Shown here piece after piece: positions 9,514 to 19,161 of a stretch of 64,000 nt of DNA (the stretch's first letter is position 1; each line of letters starts with the position of its first letter). The DNA lies in the NCBI GenBank assembly GCA_964404925.1, contig CAYOLW010000005.1:5458-69457 (forward strand). Reading direction: 5' to 3'. A program made the translations under genes and the position numbers. Under the pieces are notes generated by a model that ran no database searches, was not told where the DNA came from, and worked only from the letters and a program-made list of their open reading frames with translations. This DNA comes from an uncultured Candidatus Saccharibacteria bacterium. Lineage in GTDB: Bacteria > Patescibacteriota > Minisyncoccia > Phycocordibacterales > UBA9973.

Positions 9514-11028
9514 ATGCAAAAAAATTCACAGAAACAAATAGCGGAATTCATCAAGAAATTACGAGAACATAAGGGTATGACCCAGGGTGATTTCGCTAAA
9601 GCTTTAAGTACATCTCAAAGTGCGGTTGCACGGATGGAGTCCGGTGGACAAAATTTCACCACTGAACTACTTGATAAAATTAGTAATGTATTAGAGAAAA
9701 GTGTAGTAGCAGTAGGGGGAAGCTCAATGGATTTTGAAGTAGAAGGCGGGCACAAACTCTCTGGCAGTATAAAGACAAATTTTTCTAAGAATGGTTCTGT
9801 TGGACTTCTGTGTGCTTCCCTATTAAATCAAGGTACAACCACCCTGCATGGTATTGCTCGAATTGAAGAGGTATATCGAGTGATCGAAATATTAGAAAGC
9901 ATCGGGGTAAAAATAAAATGGCAAGGACCAAATACTGTAGTTATAAACCCCCCATCAAAATTTGAATTAAATAAAATAAATGTTGAATCTGCAATTAAGA
10001 CACGTTCAATAATTATGATCATAGGACCGCTTATTCACCTATTACCTAAATTTGCTATTCCGCATGCATCTGGATGCAAACTGGGTAAAAGAACTATTGC
10101 CGCGCATACCTATGCGCTAAATGACCTTGGAGTGTCTATTGAGACAACTAACTCTGCTTACAACATAAGCACGAAAAAATTAAAACCCGCTGAAATAATT
10201 ATGTACGAAGCTGGTGATACTGCTTGTGAAAACATCCTCATGGCCGCTGCCAGAATACCCGGTAAAACTGTTATAAAATTTGCTAGTGCTAATTATATGG
10301 TGCAGGAGATATGTTTTTTCCTTGAAACCCTGGGGGTAAGTATTGAGGGTATAGGAACCAGCACTCTGGTTGTGCATGGAATAAGTGAAATAAACAAAAA
10401 CATTGAATACTCAAATAGCGAAGACCCAATTGAATCAATGATGTTCATCGCAGCAGCGCTGGTGACCGACTCAAATATAAAAATAGAACGATGCCCAATT
10501 GATTTCTTGTCGCTTGAATTAGACAAACTAAAGAGAATGGGGTTTAAATACAAAACAACTCCCGTCTATCAATCGTACAACAACAGAACAAATTTGGTTG
10601 ATATTGAAATTTTACCATCTAAATTAACTGCGCTTGAAGACAAAATACATGCCCTACCCTATCCTGGAATCAACATGGACAATCTACCATTTTTTGTACC
10701 GATCGCGGTGAAAGCCAAGGGTCAAACAATGATTCATGATTGGGTGTACGAAAACCGAGCTATTTATTTTACTGAACTCAACCGACTCGGTGCGAACATC
10801 ACACTAGCTGACCCTCATCGTGTATATATACAAGGAGGTACACCACTGAAATCCGCCCAATTAGTGTGTCCACCCGCACTGCGACCGGCAATGATAATAT
10901 TGATTGCTATGCTAGGCGCACCAGGTAAATCCATACTCAGAAATGTGTATATGATTAACCGTGGGTATGAAGATATTGCTACTCGATTAAGCTCAATCGG
11001 AGCAAAAATAAAGGTCATTCAAAATTAA
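9514..11028 (+). CDS. murA: XRE-HTH fused UDP-N-acetylglucosamine 1-carboxyvinyltransferase
   Basis: N-terminal HTH (MTQGDFAKALSTSQSAVARME), then SKN, GCKLGKR (catalytic Cys), YENR, INRGYE. Confidence 0.9.
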   Translation: MQKNSQKQIAEFIKKLREHKGMTQGDFAKALSTSQSAVARMESGGQNFTTELLDKISNVLEKSVVAVGGSSMDFEVEGGHKLSGSIKTNFSKNGSVGLLCASLLNQGTTTLHGIARIEEVYRVIEILESIGVKIKWQGPNTVVINPPSKFELNKINVESAIKTRSIIMIIGPLIHLLPKFAIPHASGCKLGKRTIAAHTYALNDLGVSIETTNSAYNISTKKLKPAEIIMYEAGDTACENILMAAARIPGKTVIKFASANYMVQEICFFLETLGVSIEGIGTSTLVVHGISEINKNIEYSNSEDPIESMMFIAAALVTDSNIKIERCPIDFLSLELDKLKRMGFKYKTTPVYQSYNNRTNLVDIEILPSKLTALEDKIHALPYPGINMDNLPFFVPIAVKAKGQTMIHDWVYENRAIYFTELNRLGANITLADPHRVYIQGGTPLKSAQLVCPPALRPAMIILIAMLGAPGKSILRNVYMINRGYEDIATRLSSIGAKIKVIQN

Positions 11029-11888
11029 TGGCAAAAAAGAAAGTATTAGTGATACTGGGCCAAACTGCTACTGGCAAAAGTAGTCTGGCAGTCGATGCAG
11101 CCATAAAATTTTATGGCGAGATTATTTCTGCTGATAGCCGACAAGTATACAAAGGATTAGATATAGGCACAGGTAAAATAACAAAAAAAGAAATGAGGGG
11201 TGTTCCACATTATTTAATCGACGTGGTAAGTCCTAAAAAAGTCTTTACCGTTACTCAATTTAAAGAATTAGCGGAAGAAAAAATCAAAGACATTATTCGT
11301 CGAGGTAAACTACCCATCATATGTGGTGGAACAGGATTCTATATCGATGCTATTATAAAAAATATAATTTTACCGGAGGTGCCGCCGAACAAGAAACTCC
11401 GCCAGAAGTTAGAAAAACTATCTACCGAAAATTTATTATCAACACTCCGCAAACTAGATAGAAAACGAGCCTCCAGTATTGTAAAGAAGAATGAACAAAA
11501 TAACCGCGTACGAATAATTCGAGCAATTGAGATTGCTGAAGCATTGGGCCACGTACCCATGGTAAAGAAAAATAAATCAGAATATGAATTTATTCAAATA
11601 GGGTTATTGGTCCCAAAAAATATTCACGATGCAAAAATAGAAAAAAGAGTTGAGGCTATGTTTAAAAACGGCTTACTTAAAGAAATATTCAACCTAAAGA
11701 AAAATGGCATCAATTCTAAGCGCTTGCAAGAATTTGGTTTTGAATACAACGAACCTACCATCGACAAGGTAATCTCAGAAACTATAAAATATGCCAAAAG
11801 ACAGATGACTTGGTTCAAACGATATCCAGAAATTACATGGTTGGAACCATCTCAGGTTATTTCTTTTTTAGAAAAGAACCTAAAATAG
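11028..11888 (+). CDS. miaA: tRNA dimethylallyltransferase
   Basis: GQTATGKS, ISADSRQVY, GGTGFY, YAKRQMTWF. Confidence 0.95.
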   Translation: MAKKKVLVILGQTATGKSSLAVDAAIKFYGEIISADSRQVYKGLDIGTGKITKKEMRGVPHYLIDVVSPKKVFTVTQFKELAEEKIKDIIRRGKLPIICGGTGFYIDAIIKNIILPEVPPNKKLRQKLEKLSTENLLSTLRKLDRKRASSIVKKNEQNNRVRIIRAIEIAEALGHVPMVKKNKSEYEFIQIGLLVPKNIHDAKIEKRVEAMFKNGLLKEIFNLKKNGINSKRLQEFGFEYNEPTIDKVISETIKYAKRQMTWFKRYPEITWLEPSQVISFLEKNLK

Positions 11889-12441
11889 GCAGACAAGAAA
11901 CAAAAATAACCACAAAGATAAGCCACTCCAAGTGATCTTTGAGTTCTGGGAAAATACTTCCAAGGAAGTATCCTACTGATATTACACCAACAGACCATAT
12001 AGTAGATCCGATAAAGTTATAAAGAATATATTTTCTAAAATCCATATTAGCAACACCTGCGACTGTGGGCATAAATGTCCTTACGACTGGAACAAAACGT
12101 GCCAAAACAATAGCCAAGTGTCCATGTTTTTCTAAAAATAAATGTGCCTTGTCAATATATTCTTTTTTTAAAATACTTCTAAAGAATTTAAACTTTCTTA
12201 ACCTTTCTAGATACACCCCTACGTAATAACCTAAAATACCACCAAAAAATGTGGCTATAAAAACAAGGGGTATAAGATAAAAAATATTTAGATGCCCAGT
12301 GACAGCTACCAGACCAGCTGTAAATAAAAGAGAGTCTCCAGGCAAAGCGAAGAAAATACCTGATTCTAAAAAGACGATAACAAATATGCCTGCGTAACCA
12401 TATACGCTAATTAAATTTTGTATATCAAAAAGTAAATCCAT
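11857..12441 (-). CDS. dedA: DedA family membrane protein
   Basis: FLESG..LPGDSLL, LARFVPVVRTF. Confidence 0.92.
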   Translation of the reverse strand: MDLLFDIQNLISVYGYAGIFVIVFLESGIFFALPGDSLLFTAGLVAVTGHLNIFYLIPLVFIATFFGGILGYYVGVYLERLRKFKFFRSILKKEYIDKAHLFLEKHGHLAIVLARFVPVVRTFMPTVAGVANMDFRKYILYNFIGSTIWSVGVISVGYFLGSIFPELKDHLEWLIFVVIFVSCLPILGSFLKKK

Positions 12442-12614
12442 TATTCTTCTATATCATCCTCAACCTCTGCGCGTAGAACACGATGATCACCATCAGCACA
12501 ATGGCATGGGACCAGCTTTTCATTGTAGCGATTGCAATCGCTCGCTTGGCAGACTCCAGGATTATTAGAAACCCCCTCACACTCACCTAAGCATATGTAA
12601 TGATTGTTTTCCAT
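12441..12614 (-). CDS. Small Cys/His-rich protein (57 aa), not in the ORF track
   Basis: MENNHYICLGECEGVSNNPGVCQASDCNRYNEKLVPCHCADGDHRVLRAEVEDDIEE; TAATG overlap with the dedA start; upstream TATAAT. Confidence 0.75.
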   Translation of the reverse strand: MENNHYICLGECEGVSNNPGVCQASDCNRYNEKLVPCHCADGDHRVLRAEVEDDIEE

Positions 12615-12676
12615 AATAGATATTATATCACGAAAAATAAGTAAGAGATTATATCTTTTCTATTTCTTTCAAATCT

Positions 12677-12856
12677 TTACCTGGTAAATACACTGTTCCT
12701 CCCCTTACCTACGATTAATCGTATGTGTCGGTGATTACCTTCACTAATTATTCCATCCAATGCGTGAGAGCATTCAAGTGTGGTATACCCATGAAAATCA
12801 ACTACCAAATCAGGTACTTGTTCGTATTTATTACCAACACCTTTGTAGTAGGACAT
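12677..12856 (-). pseudogene. Truncated Smr/MutS2-domain protein (59 aa)
   Basis: VDFHGYT..IRLIVGKG motifs, then an early stop; C-terminal half of the Smr domain missing. Confidence 0.65.
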
Positions 12857-12874
12857 ATATGTGTACCCACAATA

Positions 12875-13588
12875 TTATTTGAGTGTAATACTTTTGATTA
12901 TTACTGGCTCAAGTGGTCTGTCATTTGAATCGGTAGCTACATTATTGATTGCATCTGCTACACTCGCCCCAGACACAACCTTGCCGAAAACGGTATGTTT
13001 AGCATCTAGAAAGTTGTTGTCAGCTGCGTTGATAAAGAATTGGCTACCGTTTGTATTAGGACCAGAATTAGCCATAGATATTGTGTATTTGTTGTTTTTA
13101 TTACCAGCTACTATCTCATCGTTAAATTTATATCCAGGACCACCGGTACCCCAGTACGCATCTTTACTGTCATCTTTAGACAAAGGATCTCCACCCTGAC
13201 TCATAAACCCCTTGATCACGCGATGAAACTTGGTTCCATTGTAGAATCCTTCTTTTGACAACTTTATGAAATTCTCAGCGGTCTTAGGAGTTACAGCACT
13301 AAATTCTATAGTAATATTTCCTTTGGTTGTTTGTATGACTGCTTGAGTAATCTTTTTAGTATCGTTTACGCTGGTGTCTTTTGTATTATCACTCTCTGAT
13401 GCTACTGGTTTTGATTCAGTTTCTGTTGCTAAGCCACCCTCTTTCTCCGCATCACCAACAACAGTCTGTGAGTCTTCTGCCTGATTTGTGGCCTGTTTAT
13501 TAGGCTTAAACAAGAAATACATACCCACGAGTACCGCTACGAGTAACACTAAAATACCTATATACCCACCCTTAAATTTATTTTTCAT
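12875..13588 (-). CDS. Membrane-anchored cyclophilin-type peptidyl-prolyl isomerase
   Basis: FHRVIKGFMSQGGDP, SMANSGPNTNGSQFFI, HTVFG; N-terminal TM. Confidence 0.95.
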   Translation of the reverse strand: MKNKFKGGYIGILVLLVAVLVGMYFLFKPNKQATNQAEDSQTVVGDAEKEGGLATETESKPVASESDNTKDTSVNDTKKITQAVIQTTKGNITIEFSAVTPKTAENFIKLSKEGFYNGTKFHRVIKGFMSQGGDPLSKDDSKDAYWGTGGPGYKFNDEIVAGNKNNKYTISMANSGPNTNGSQFFINAADNNFLDAKHTVFGKVVSGASVADAINNVATDSNDRPLEPVIIKSITLK

Positions 13589-13636
13589 ACGCAATATTAT
13601 ATCACGATAATAAATACAAAATAGTATTCTTACTTT

Positions 13637-13753
13637 TTAATCTTTTTGTATTTTTACCAAACCTTTTTTGGTTGTACCGAGCATGTATCCATTATATTTT
13701 TCTAGTTCTGGAACTTCAATAGGGAGAGTAATTTCTGGCTTAGAGAATGCAAT
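13637..13753 (-). pseudogene. 3' remnant of a paralog of the 17614-18213 gene
   Basis: IAFSKPEITLPIEVPELEKYNGYMLGTTKKGLVKIQKD* versus IAFSKPEIALPIEVPELEKYNGYMLGKTQSGIVKIDKD*. Confidence 0.85.
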
Positions 13754-14653
13754 TTATGTACTAGATTTAATCTTTGGTAAATAGTTTTTAACTAAATCTT
13801 CTAAAATGGATCTAGGTGTATCTGTTGATTTTGAGTTTTCTGGTAATAATGTCCAAGGTGCAGGACCATCAAAATTATAGTTATTATATACAACAACAGG
13901 TGTACCTTCTGTTATCACTTCACCATTTTTCCACGTCCACTCCTCGGTCCATTTATACATCCAATAAGCATCAGCTTCAGTCATACGTACACAAGAGTGA
14001 CTAGCAGGATATCCTGGCAAACTGTACTGATGCATTGATATGCCTGCCAAATTGTCTATATTCATATTCCACTTCAATATCCATTCATCGTCAAAGGTAC
14101 TAATAGTTTCCTCTCCTTTCCAATTTACAAAGAAAAGACCGCTTGGTGTCTGGTTTAACTTTTTACCCGAACTAACAGGCCCGCTATGTACCAACAAACC
14201 ATACTCATAAGCACCAAATGCTTGTATGGGCTGAGATACTATTATTAATTTTGGTATGCTCTTGGCAGTGCCAATTTTACCTGGCAAGTATTCCCATTTT
14301 TTAATAGTATTAATATCCTTTGGAACAACTATGGTCATTCCGGGTCTTATATTGCCACGGTCTATTCTATTTATTCCTAGCACTAAATCTACATTTGAAT
14401 CTCCGACCAAAGTTATTAACTCATTTAAAGGTTGTTTTGATGATAACTCAACCTTAGTAAACATACCAACCGGTCTTGCTTGGGTGGGATATGATACAGA
14501 CTCTACTGCTTTTCTTAGTTTACTTGATATTGGTTCATTCGCTGTATAAATAATATTGGCATTATCGTTTAGACGAGTACTTCTGATAAGAATAAAAGCA
14601 AGTATAAACAGTGAAACAATTATTAATACTAGAATTGAATTTTTTTTCACCAA
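13754..14653 (-). CDS. L,D-transpeptidase (YkuD family)
   Basis: GPVSSG..TPSG, MHQY..PASHSCVRM; N-terminal TM; start uncertain. Confidence 0.88.
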   Translation of the reverse strand: MVKKNSILVLIIVSLFILAFILIRSTRLNDNANIIYTANEPISSKLRKAVESVSYPTQARPVGMFTKVELSSKQPLNELITLVGDSNVDLVLGINRIDRGNIRPGMTIVVPKDINTIKKWEYLPGKIGTAKSIPKLIIVSQPIQAFGAYEYGLLVHSGPVSSGKKLNQTPSGLFFVNWKGEETISTFDDEWILKWNMNIDNLAGISMHQYSLPGYPASHSCVRMTEADAYWMYKWTEEWTWKNGEVITEGTPVVVYNNYNFDGPAPWTLLPENSKSTDTPRSILEDLVKNYLPKIKSST

Positions 14654-14739
14654 CTGATGACGTTTAAGAAACTAAAAAATTACATATACATACTAAATAA
14701 ACATTGACATTGGGTACACGATTGCTACTATTAGGTCCC

Positions 14740-15282
14740 ATGATACTAACACCGACATATGAAATGCCTTATAGTGTCCCATTATTTTCGCAGATCAGCG
14801 ATATTTCATCTGTGGCTTGGAAGCAAAAAGGTTGCGGAGTTGCAGACGTTGCAATGATAGTTGAATTCTACAAACCAAACACAACTTCAGTGCAAGAAGT
14901 ATTAGAAGAAGGCTTAAAGGCCGGTGCTTACGTGAAAAATGTCGGTTGGAGTCATAACGGTCTCGCGTCCTTAGCAGTAAAACACGGTTTAGTAGGCAAG
15001 ACTGTTGATTTATCAAATTTTAAAAATGCAGCTGCACTAAAAGAGTTTCGAAGTACTGTAAAAGAAGGACCGGTTATAGCGTCTATACATCGAGGTTTTA
15101 ACCCAAAAAGTCCGTACGGACATTTAATTGTTATAACTGGGTTTGACGATAAGTTAGTTTATTATAATGATCCAGGTAAACGCGACGGAATAAGGACAGT
15201 TGCAATTGAAGACTTTGTCAAAGGCTGGAAAAAAAGACTGATTGTTATAAGGGAACCTGATACAAAGATATCTCTGCGTTAA
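14740..15282 (+). CDS. C39-like cysteine peptidase
   Basis: VPLFSQ..GCG, GHLIVITG, YYNDP; TTGACA-16-TACTAT promoter supports ATG at 14740. Confidence 0.82.
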   Translation: MILTPTYEMPYSVPLFSQISDISSVAWKQKGCGVADVAMIVEFYKPNTTSVQEVLEEGLKAGAYVKNVGWSHNGLASLAVKHGLVGKTVDLSNFKNAAALKEFRSTVKEGPVIASIHRGFNPKSPYGHLIVITGFDDKLVYYNDPGKRDGIRTVAIEDFVKGWKKRLIVIREPDTKISLR

Positions 15283-15310
15283 GTTTTACATCGTAATTAT
15301 TTTTTAGATT

Positions 15311-16180
15311 TTATTCACAACCCCAGCCATCCCCGTCCCTGTCCAACCCATATTCATCATAACCAAGCACTTGAACTTTACCTGTATAATACGGACCATT
15401 ACCTGAGCCACCAGCACAATCATAGTCACTGGCATTAGGTTCTAAGCAGCCCGAATAATTGGAATTACACTGAGGTAAAGCTTGCTTGGTTGTTGTGGTC
15501 GTAGTCTTCAAAATTGCAGGCTCTGTAATAATAGGTGTGGGCAAGGCCTTAGAACCATTGCATTTATCAGGACCCCACAGTCCTCTCTTGTTTAACTCTG
15601 CTTCTCGCTGAGCGGATTTGAATTGTTGTTGATATTTATAAGGCAAATCATAAGTATATTCGTAGGCATAACCGTCTTTAATCATTTTAAGATTAAAGTT
15701 AGTCCCATCTTCTAAAAAGACATATCGTAGTAGCCTGTCGTATTTATCGCGCTCTCCTTGGGTGCTGTCTATCTCAAGAGATACTTGCTTACCCGCAAGT
15801 GTTGCCTTGGCTTTATTAGAAGCCTCGATTCCAAAACATTCTACTGGTTTTCTGGGGTCTACTGTTTCGGGAGTATTTATACCAATTAACCTTAATCTTT
15901 CAACCTTGCCATCAATAGCAACATCTAGAGTATCTCCGTCTATAACTTTTATAACTTTATAAAGATCTGAATTAACATTAATTGTTGGGTTTAAATCATC
16001 AGAAACAACATTGATCTCAGCCTTGTCTTCTGCTGGTGTTTTTATCTCTGCAACTTGTGCTTGAGGTGCTGCAACTTTTCTTTTAAACACTTTCCAACTA
16101 AAAGGATTCCACCAAGAAGCCAAAGCTATGGATGGTATCAAAAACACAACTAAAAACAAAACAGGTGCATATTTTTTCAT
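15311..16180 (-). CDS. Secreted thermonuclease (SNase-like) with a C-terminal Cys/Ca-binding (Excalibur-like) tail
   Basis: VIDGDT, RLIGINTPE, DKYDRLLRY; LDRDGDGWGCE terminus; signal peptide. Confidence 0.9.
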   Translation of the reverse strand: MKKYAPVLFLVVFLIPSIALASWWNPFSWKVFKRKVAAPQAQVAEIKTPAEDKAEINVVSDDLNPTINVNSDLYKVIKVIDGDTLDVAIDGKVERLRLIGINTPETVDPRKPVECFGIEASNKAKATLAGKQVSLEIDSTQGERDKYDRLLRYVFLEDGTNFNLKMIKDGYAYEYTYDLPYKYQQQFKSAQREAELNKRGLWGPDKCNGSKALPTPIITEPAILKTTTTTTKQALPQCNSNYSGCLEPNASDYDCAGGSGNGPYYTGKVQVLGYDEYGLDRDGDGWGCE

Positions 16181-16215
16181 ATAATTTTGATCCCTCTATG
16201 AGGGTTGCTAATAGA

Positions 16216-16241
16216 GGGCTTGATGTTTGGATTTCAGAACT
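16216..16241. repeat. att-like junction R4 (distal): degenerate tRNA-Trp 3' core plus TGGATTTCAGAACT
   Basis: GGGCTTGATGTTTGGATTTCAGAACT; lacks the left arm seen in the other copies. Confidence 0.75.
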
Positions 16242-16288
16242 TATGAGGAATCATGAGCTAATCAGAAATGGTATTAAATCAATTAATT

Positions 16289-16945
16289 CTATTTCCTATT
16301 AATAACAATTTCTGAAACTTCCATGTTTTTAGGTAGGTCCAAAATCTGTTTTAACAAAAGAGCTAAATCTTCTGGCTTCATCCATTCATCTCCATTCTCT
16401 GTATTATCTACACCAGTCGCTTTTTCAAAAAGCTTAGTTTTGAATCCTCCTGGGCAAAAGCTAATTACCCTATTTGGCTTACCTTTAAATTCTTCTTGTA
16501 AGTTTTTACTAAATCCTCTAACTGCCCATTTAGATGCACCGTAAACTGCCTGATTTACATAACCTTTTAACCCCACCGTAGAGGCTACATTTACGATATC
16601 AGTTTTATCATTAAGAATTCTTTCATACAGATTTGATATTAGCAAAATCTGAGATTTTACGTTAGTAGACATTAAACGCTTTATTTCATCTTCTGTGATT
16701 TCTCCCATTTTTTGCACAGACAAAACACCCGCACAATTAATTATTGCTTCTACAGGTTCTTTTAATTCTAATATTTGATCTGTAGCTTTTTTAATTTCTT
16801 CTCCTTCACGAAGAGATAAGCAAATATTCATATCAGCATATTCACATTCATTTCTAGAAATATTTAGAACTTTCTTACCTGCTTCTTTATATAATTTTGC
16901 GACTTGTTTTCCAAGTCCATCACTGGCTCCAGTTATTATTATCAT
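16289..16945 (-). CDS. Short-chain dehydrogenase/reductase (cassette 4 cargo)
   Basis: ITGASDGLG, INCAG, YGASK. Confidence 0.92.
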   Translation of the reverse strand: MIIITGASDGLGKQVAKLYKEAGKKVLNISRNECEYADMNICLSLREGEEIKKATDQILELKEPVEAIINCAGVLSVQKMGEITEDEIKRLMSTNVKSQILLISNLYERILNDKTDIVNVASTVGLKGYVNQAVYGASKWAVRGFSKNLQEEFKGKPNRVISFCPGGFKTKLFEKATGVDNTENGDEWMKPEDLALLLKQILDLPKNMEVSEIVINRK

Positions 16946-16951
16946 AATTAC

Positions 16952-17102
16952 ATTATACCAAAAGTTCGCCTCGCTCGTAAGCTATGGCTGAGAGGAATTA
17001 CACTACGCCTGCCCGTCCTCTGGCGGGGCATACAAACTTGGACCCATAAATATATAGGTTTTATGATGTGCGGGCTTGAGGTATGGATTTCAGAACTTTT
17101 GA
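16952..17102. repeat. att-like junction R3 with two nested palindromic insertions
   Basis: Left arm, TGCGGGCTTGAG core, TGGATTTCAGAACT at 17084-17097; insertions at 16969-16994 and 17008-17027. Confidence 0.88.
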
Positions 17103-17152
17103 AGCGCCACTCTTTGATTAAATTAAGTATTAATAGTTTTAATTAAAAAAAA

Positions 17153-17611
17153 TTATTTAACTGTATCTTTAAAAAATTCAACGACCTTGTCTTTTAAAAC
17201 ACCTTTAACAATTTCAGGTCTATAACCGTAATTCTCTGCAAAGTCATTAATTGAGTATTTCTTTGGCATAAACCTGCCAGGAATATCCCCTCTCATAGCC
17301 CCAATTACAATCTTATTTATTCCTGCTTGAAGAATAGCACCAGAACACATAACACAAGGTTCGTTGGTAGTATACATTATACACTCCTTTAAACTTGTAG
17401 TCTTTAGTGTCTTACATGCTTTCTTTATTGCTTGAAGCTCTGCATGAGCAGTGACATCATGAGTGGCCACATCTTCAGCATGTGCGGTACTTATGACTTC
17501 ACCATTCAAAACTACCATAGCACCAAATGGTAAATTGCCAGAAGCCTTTCCTTTGACCGCTTCAGCAATTGCTAAACTCATAAATTCTTCGTCTGTGATT
17601 AACGAGCTCAT
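17153..17611 (-). CDS. Nucleoside/tRNA deaminase (CDA/TadA/guanine deaminase family; cassette 3 cargo)
   Basis: PFGA, AHAE, EPCVMC zinc motifs. Confidence 0.9.
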   Translation of the reverse strand: MSSLITDEEFMSLAIAEAVKGKASGNLPFGAMVVLNGEVISTAHAEDVATHDVTAHAELQAIKKACKTLKTTSLKECIMYTTNEPCVMCSGAILQAGINKIVIGAMRGDIPGRFMPKKYSINDFAENYGYRPEIVKGVLKDKVVEFFKDTVK

Positions 17612-17613
17612 TT

Positions 17614-18213
17614 TTAGTCTTTATCTATTTTAACAATTCCACTTTGAGTTTTACCAAGCATGTATCCATTATATTTTTCTAGTTCTGGAACTTCAATAGG
17701 CAATGCAATTTCTGGTTTAGAGAATGCAATTATTGTGCTGTAATCTTTTTTACTTATTCTTTCTTTATCTGTGCATTCATCAATGTGTCCAGATAAAATA
17801 ACCTTCTCAAGGTTTAAACAAACATCAAAAACCTTTTCACTAAAGACTTCTAAATTCTTTACCAAGACAACTCTATCTTGCAAATCGGGGAGCACTTTCA
17901 CCACTTCATTAAACAAAGCTTCATTACCACTTTCAAGTATGATGACTTGAGAATCTTTTGCTTCCTCTAATTCTTCTAGCGAAGTTACGAAAGCAACTTT
18001 TGAGCTATCTTCACCCACTTGTTCCAAAAAGTTTTCTTTTGCCATTGTATAAGCAGTCAGGAATAATATTTTTGAACCAGACTTAAACAAGTCAGCAACA
18101 ATAGTAATACTAAAATGTGAACCCCCCGTTTTCTCTGCATAAGTTACTAAACACGGTAAATCACTTTCAGTAAATTTATACAATTCCCCTTTCAATAATA
18201 TATTGTTTTTCAT
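17614..18213 (-). CDS. Hypothetical protein (cassette 3 cargo; possibly a degenerate P-loop fold)
   Basis: Clean 199-aa ORF; a paralogous remnant at 13637 supports coding status. Confidence 0.75.
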   Translation of the reverse strand: MKNNILLKGELYKFTESDLPCLVTYAEKTGGSHFSITIVADLFKSGSKILFLTAYTMAKENFLEQVGEDSSKVAFVTSLEELEEAKDSQVIILESGNEALFNEVVKVLPDLQDRVVLVKNLEVFSEKVFDVCLNLEKVILSGHIDECTDKERISKKDYSTIIAFSKPEIALPIEVPELEKYNGYMLGKTQSGIVKIDKD

Positions 18214-18219
18214 ACTAAA

Positions 18220-18344
18220 ATTATACTATAGTTCACCTCGCTCGTAAGCTATGGCTGAGAGAAATTACACTACGGTCTGCAAACTTAGACCCATAATATA
18301 TAGGTTTTATGATGTGCGGGCGATGAGGTGTGGATTTCAGAACT
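18220..18344. repeat. att-like junction R2
   Basis: 33-bp exact match of 18295-18327 to 20152-20184 (tRNA 3' end plus flank); 14-mer at 18331-18344. Confidence 0.9.
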
Positions 18345-18429
18345 GGTGAGGGACCATACTGCGGTTGAAATAAGTCTTAATGAGATTAAAATATGTTACT
18401 AAAAGCAACTTCAAGGTTATAATATAACA

Positions 18430-19020
18430 ATGTTTAACATTGATTGGCATATAATCGTCGGGAGTTTAGGTGGGTTGATTGCTTTTTTATCTATTGTTCC
18501 ATACGTTATGGATATCTTGCGTGGCACAACTAGACCAAATATTGCTTCGTATTCTCTTTGGGCTTTTCTAATTTTTATTTCAATGATGGCACAAATAGAG
18601 GCAGGGGCCTCTTGGTCATTAATCTTATTGATCGGTGACCTGCTGGCTGTATTAATAGTACTATTGTTTTGTGTTACAGGATATGGATATAAAAAATATT
18701 CATGGATTGAATACATTTGCTTCACTCTTGGTATTCTGGCAATTATTTTATGGCAAATAACCAGTCAACCACTTTTAGCAATTGGTTTTGCAGTTCTAGC
18801 AGACTTGATAGCGTCCATACCAACTGTCGTAAAAACTTATCGTGACCCATGGTCTGAACTTCCTTTTGCTTGGTTTCTGGTAGCCTTTGGGGCAATGCTC
18901 GGTATAGTATCTACCACTATCTGGAATCTAGAAAATATTTTATTCCCGTTAAATATTCTAATAATAAATGGAACGGTGGCGGTTATTGCATTTTGGGGTA
19001 GGCGCACGCAAAGTTCTTAA
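18430..19020 (+). CDS. Multi-TM membrane protein, PQ-loop/SWEET-like duplicated fold (cassette 2 cargo)
   Basis: Two internal repeats (IVPY..G.TRP and SIPT..K..RDP); hydrophobic. Confidence 0.7.
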   Translation: MFNIDWHIIVGSLGGLIAFLSIVPYVMDILRGTTRPNIASYSLWAFLIFISMMAQIEAGASWSLILLIGDLLAVLIVLLFCVTGYGYKKYSWIEYICFTLGILAIILWQITSQPLLAIGFAVLADLIASIPTVVKTYRDPWSELPFAWFLVAFGAMLGIVSTTIWNLENILFPLNILIINGTVAVIAFWGRRTQSS

Positions 19021-19032
19021 AGGCACTCAAAA

Positions 19033-19055
19033 TGAGCAAGGCAAGACCTTGCTCA
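19033..19055. terminator. Hairpin TGAGCAAGG-caaga-CCTTGCTCA after the cassette 2 gene
   Basis: 9-bp perfect stem; no clear U-tract. Confidence 0.4.
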
Positions 19056-19056
19056 C

Positions 19057-19110
19057 TAAATATATAGGTTTTTGATTTGCGGGATTGAGGTATGGATTTC
19101 AGAACTTTTG
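19057..19110. repeat. att-like junction R1 (short left arm)
   Basis: TAAATATATAGGTTTTTGATTTGCGGGATTGAGGTATGGATTTCAGAACTTTTG. Confidence 0.88.
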
Positions 19111-19161
19111 AGAAACTCTAATTTCATAAAAACGAGTCTTCTAAGTTTAAAATTAGTTAAA

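Noticed and set aside
16904-17146. 80-aa ORF as a real gene
   Set aside because: Crosses junction R3 including two insertions; only its last ~25 codons show coding-like conservation.
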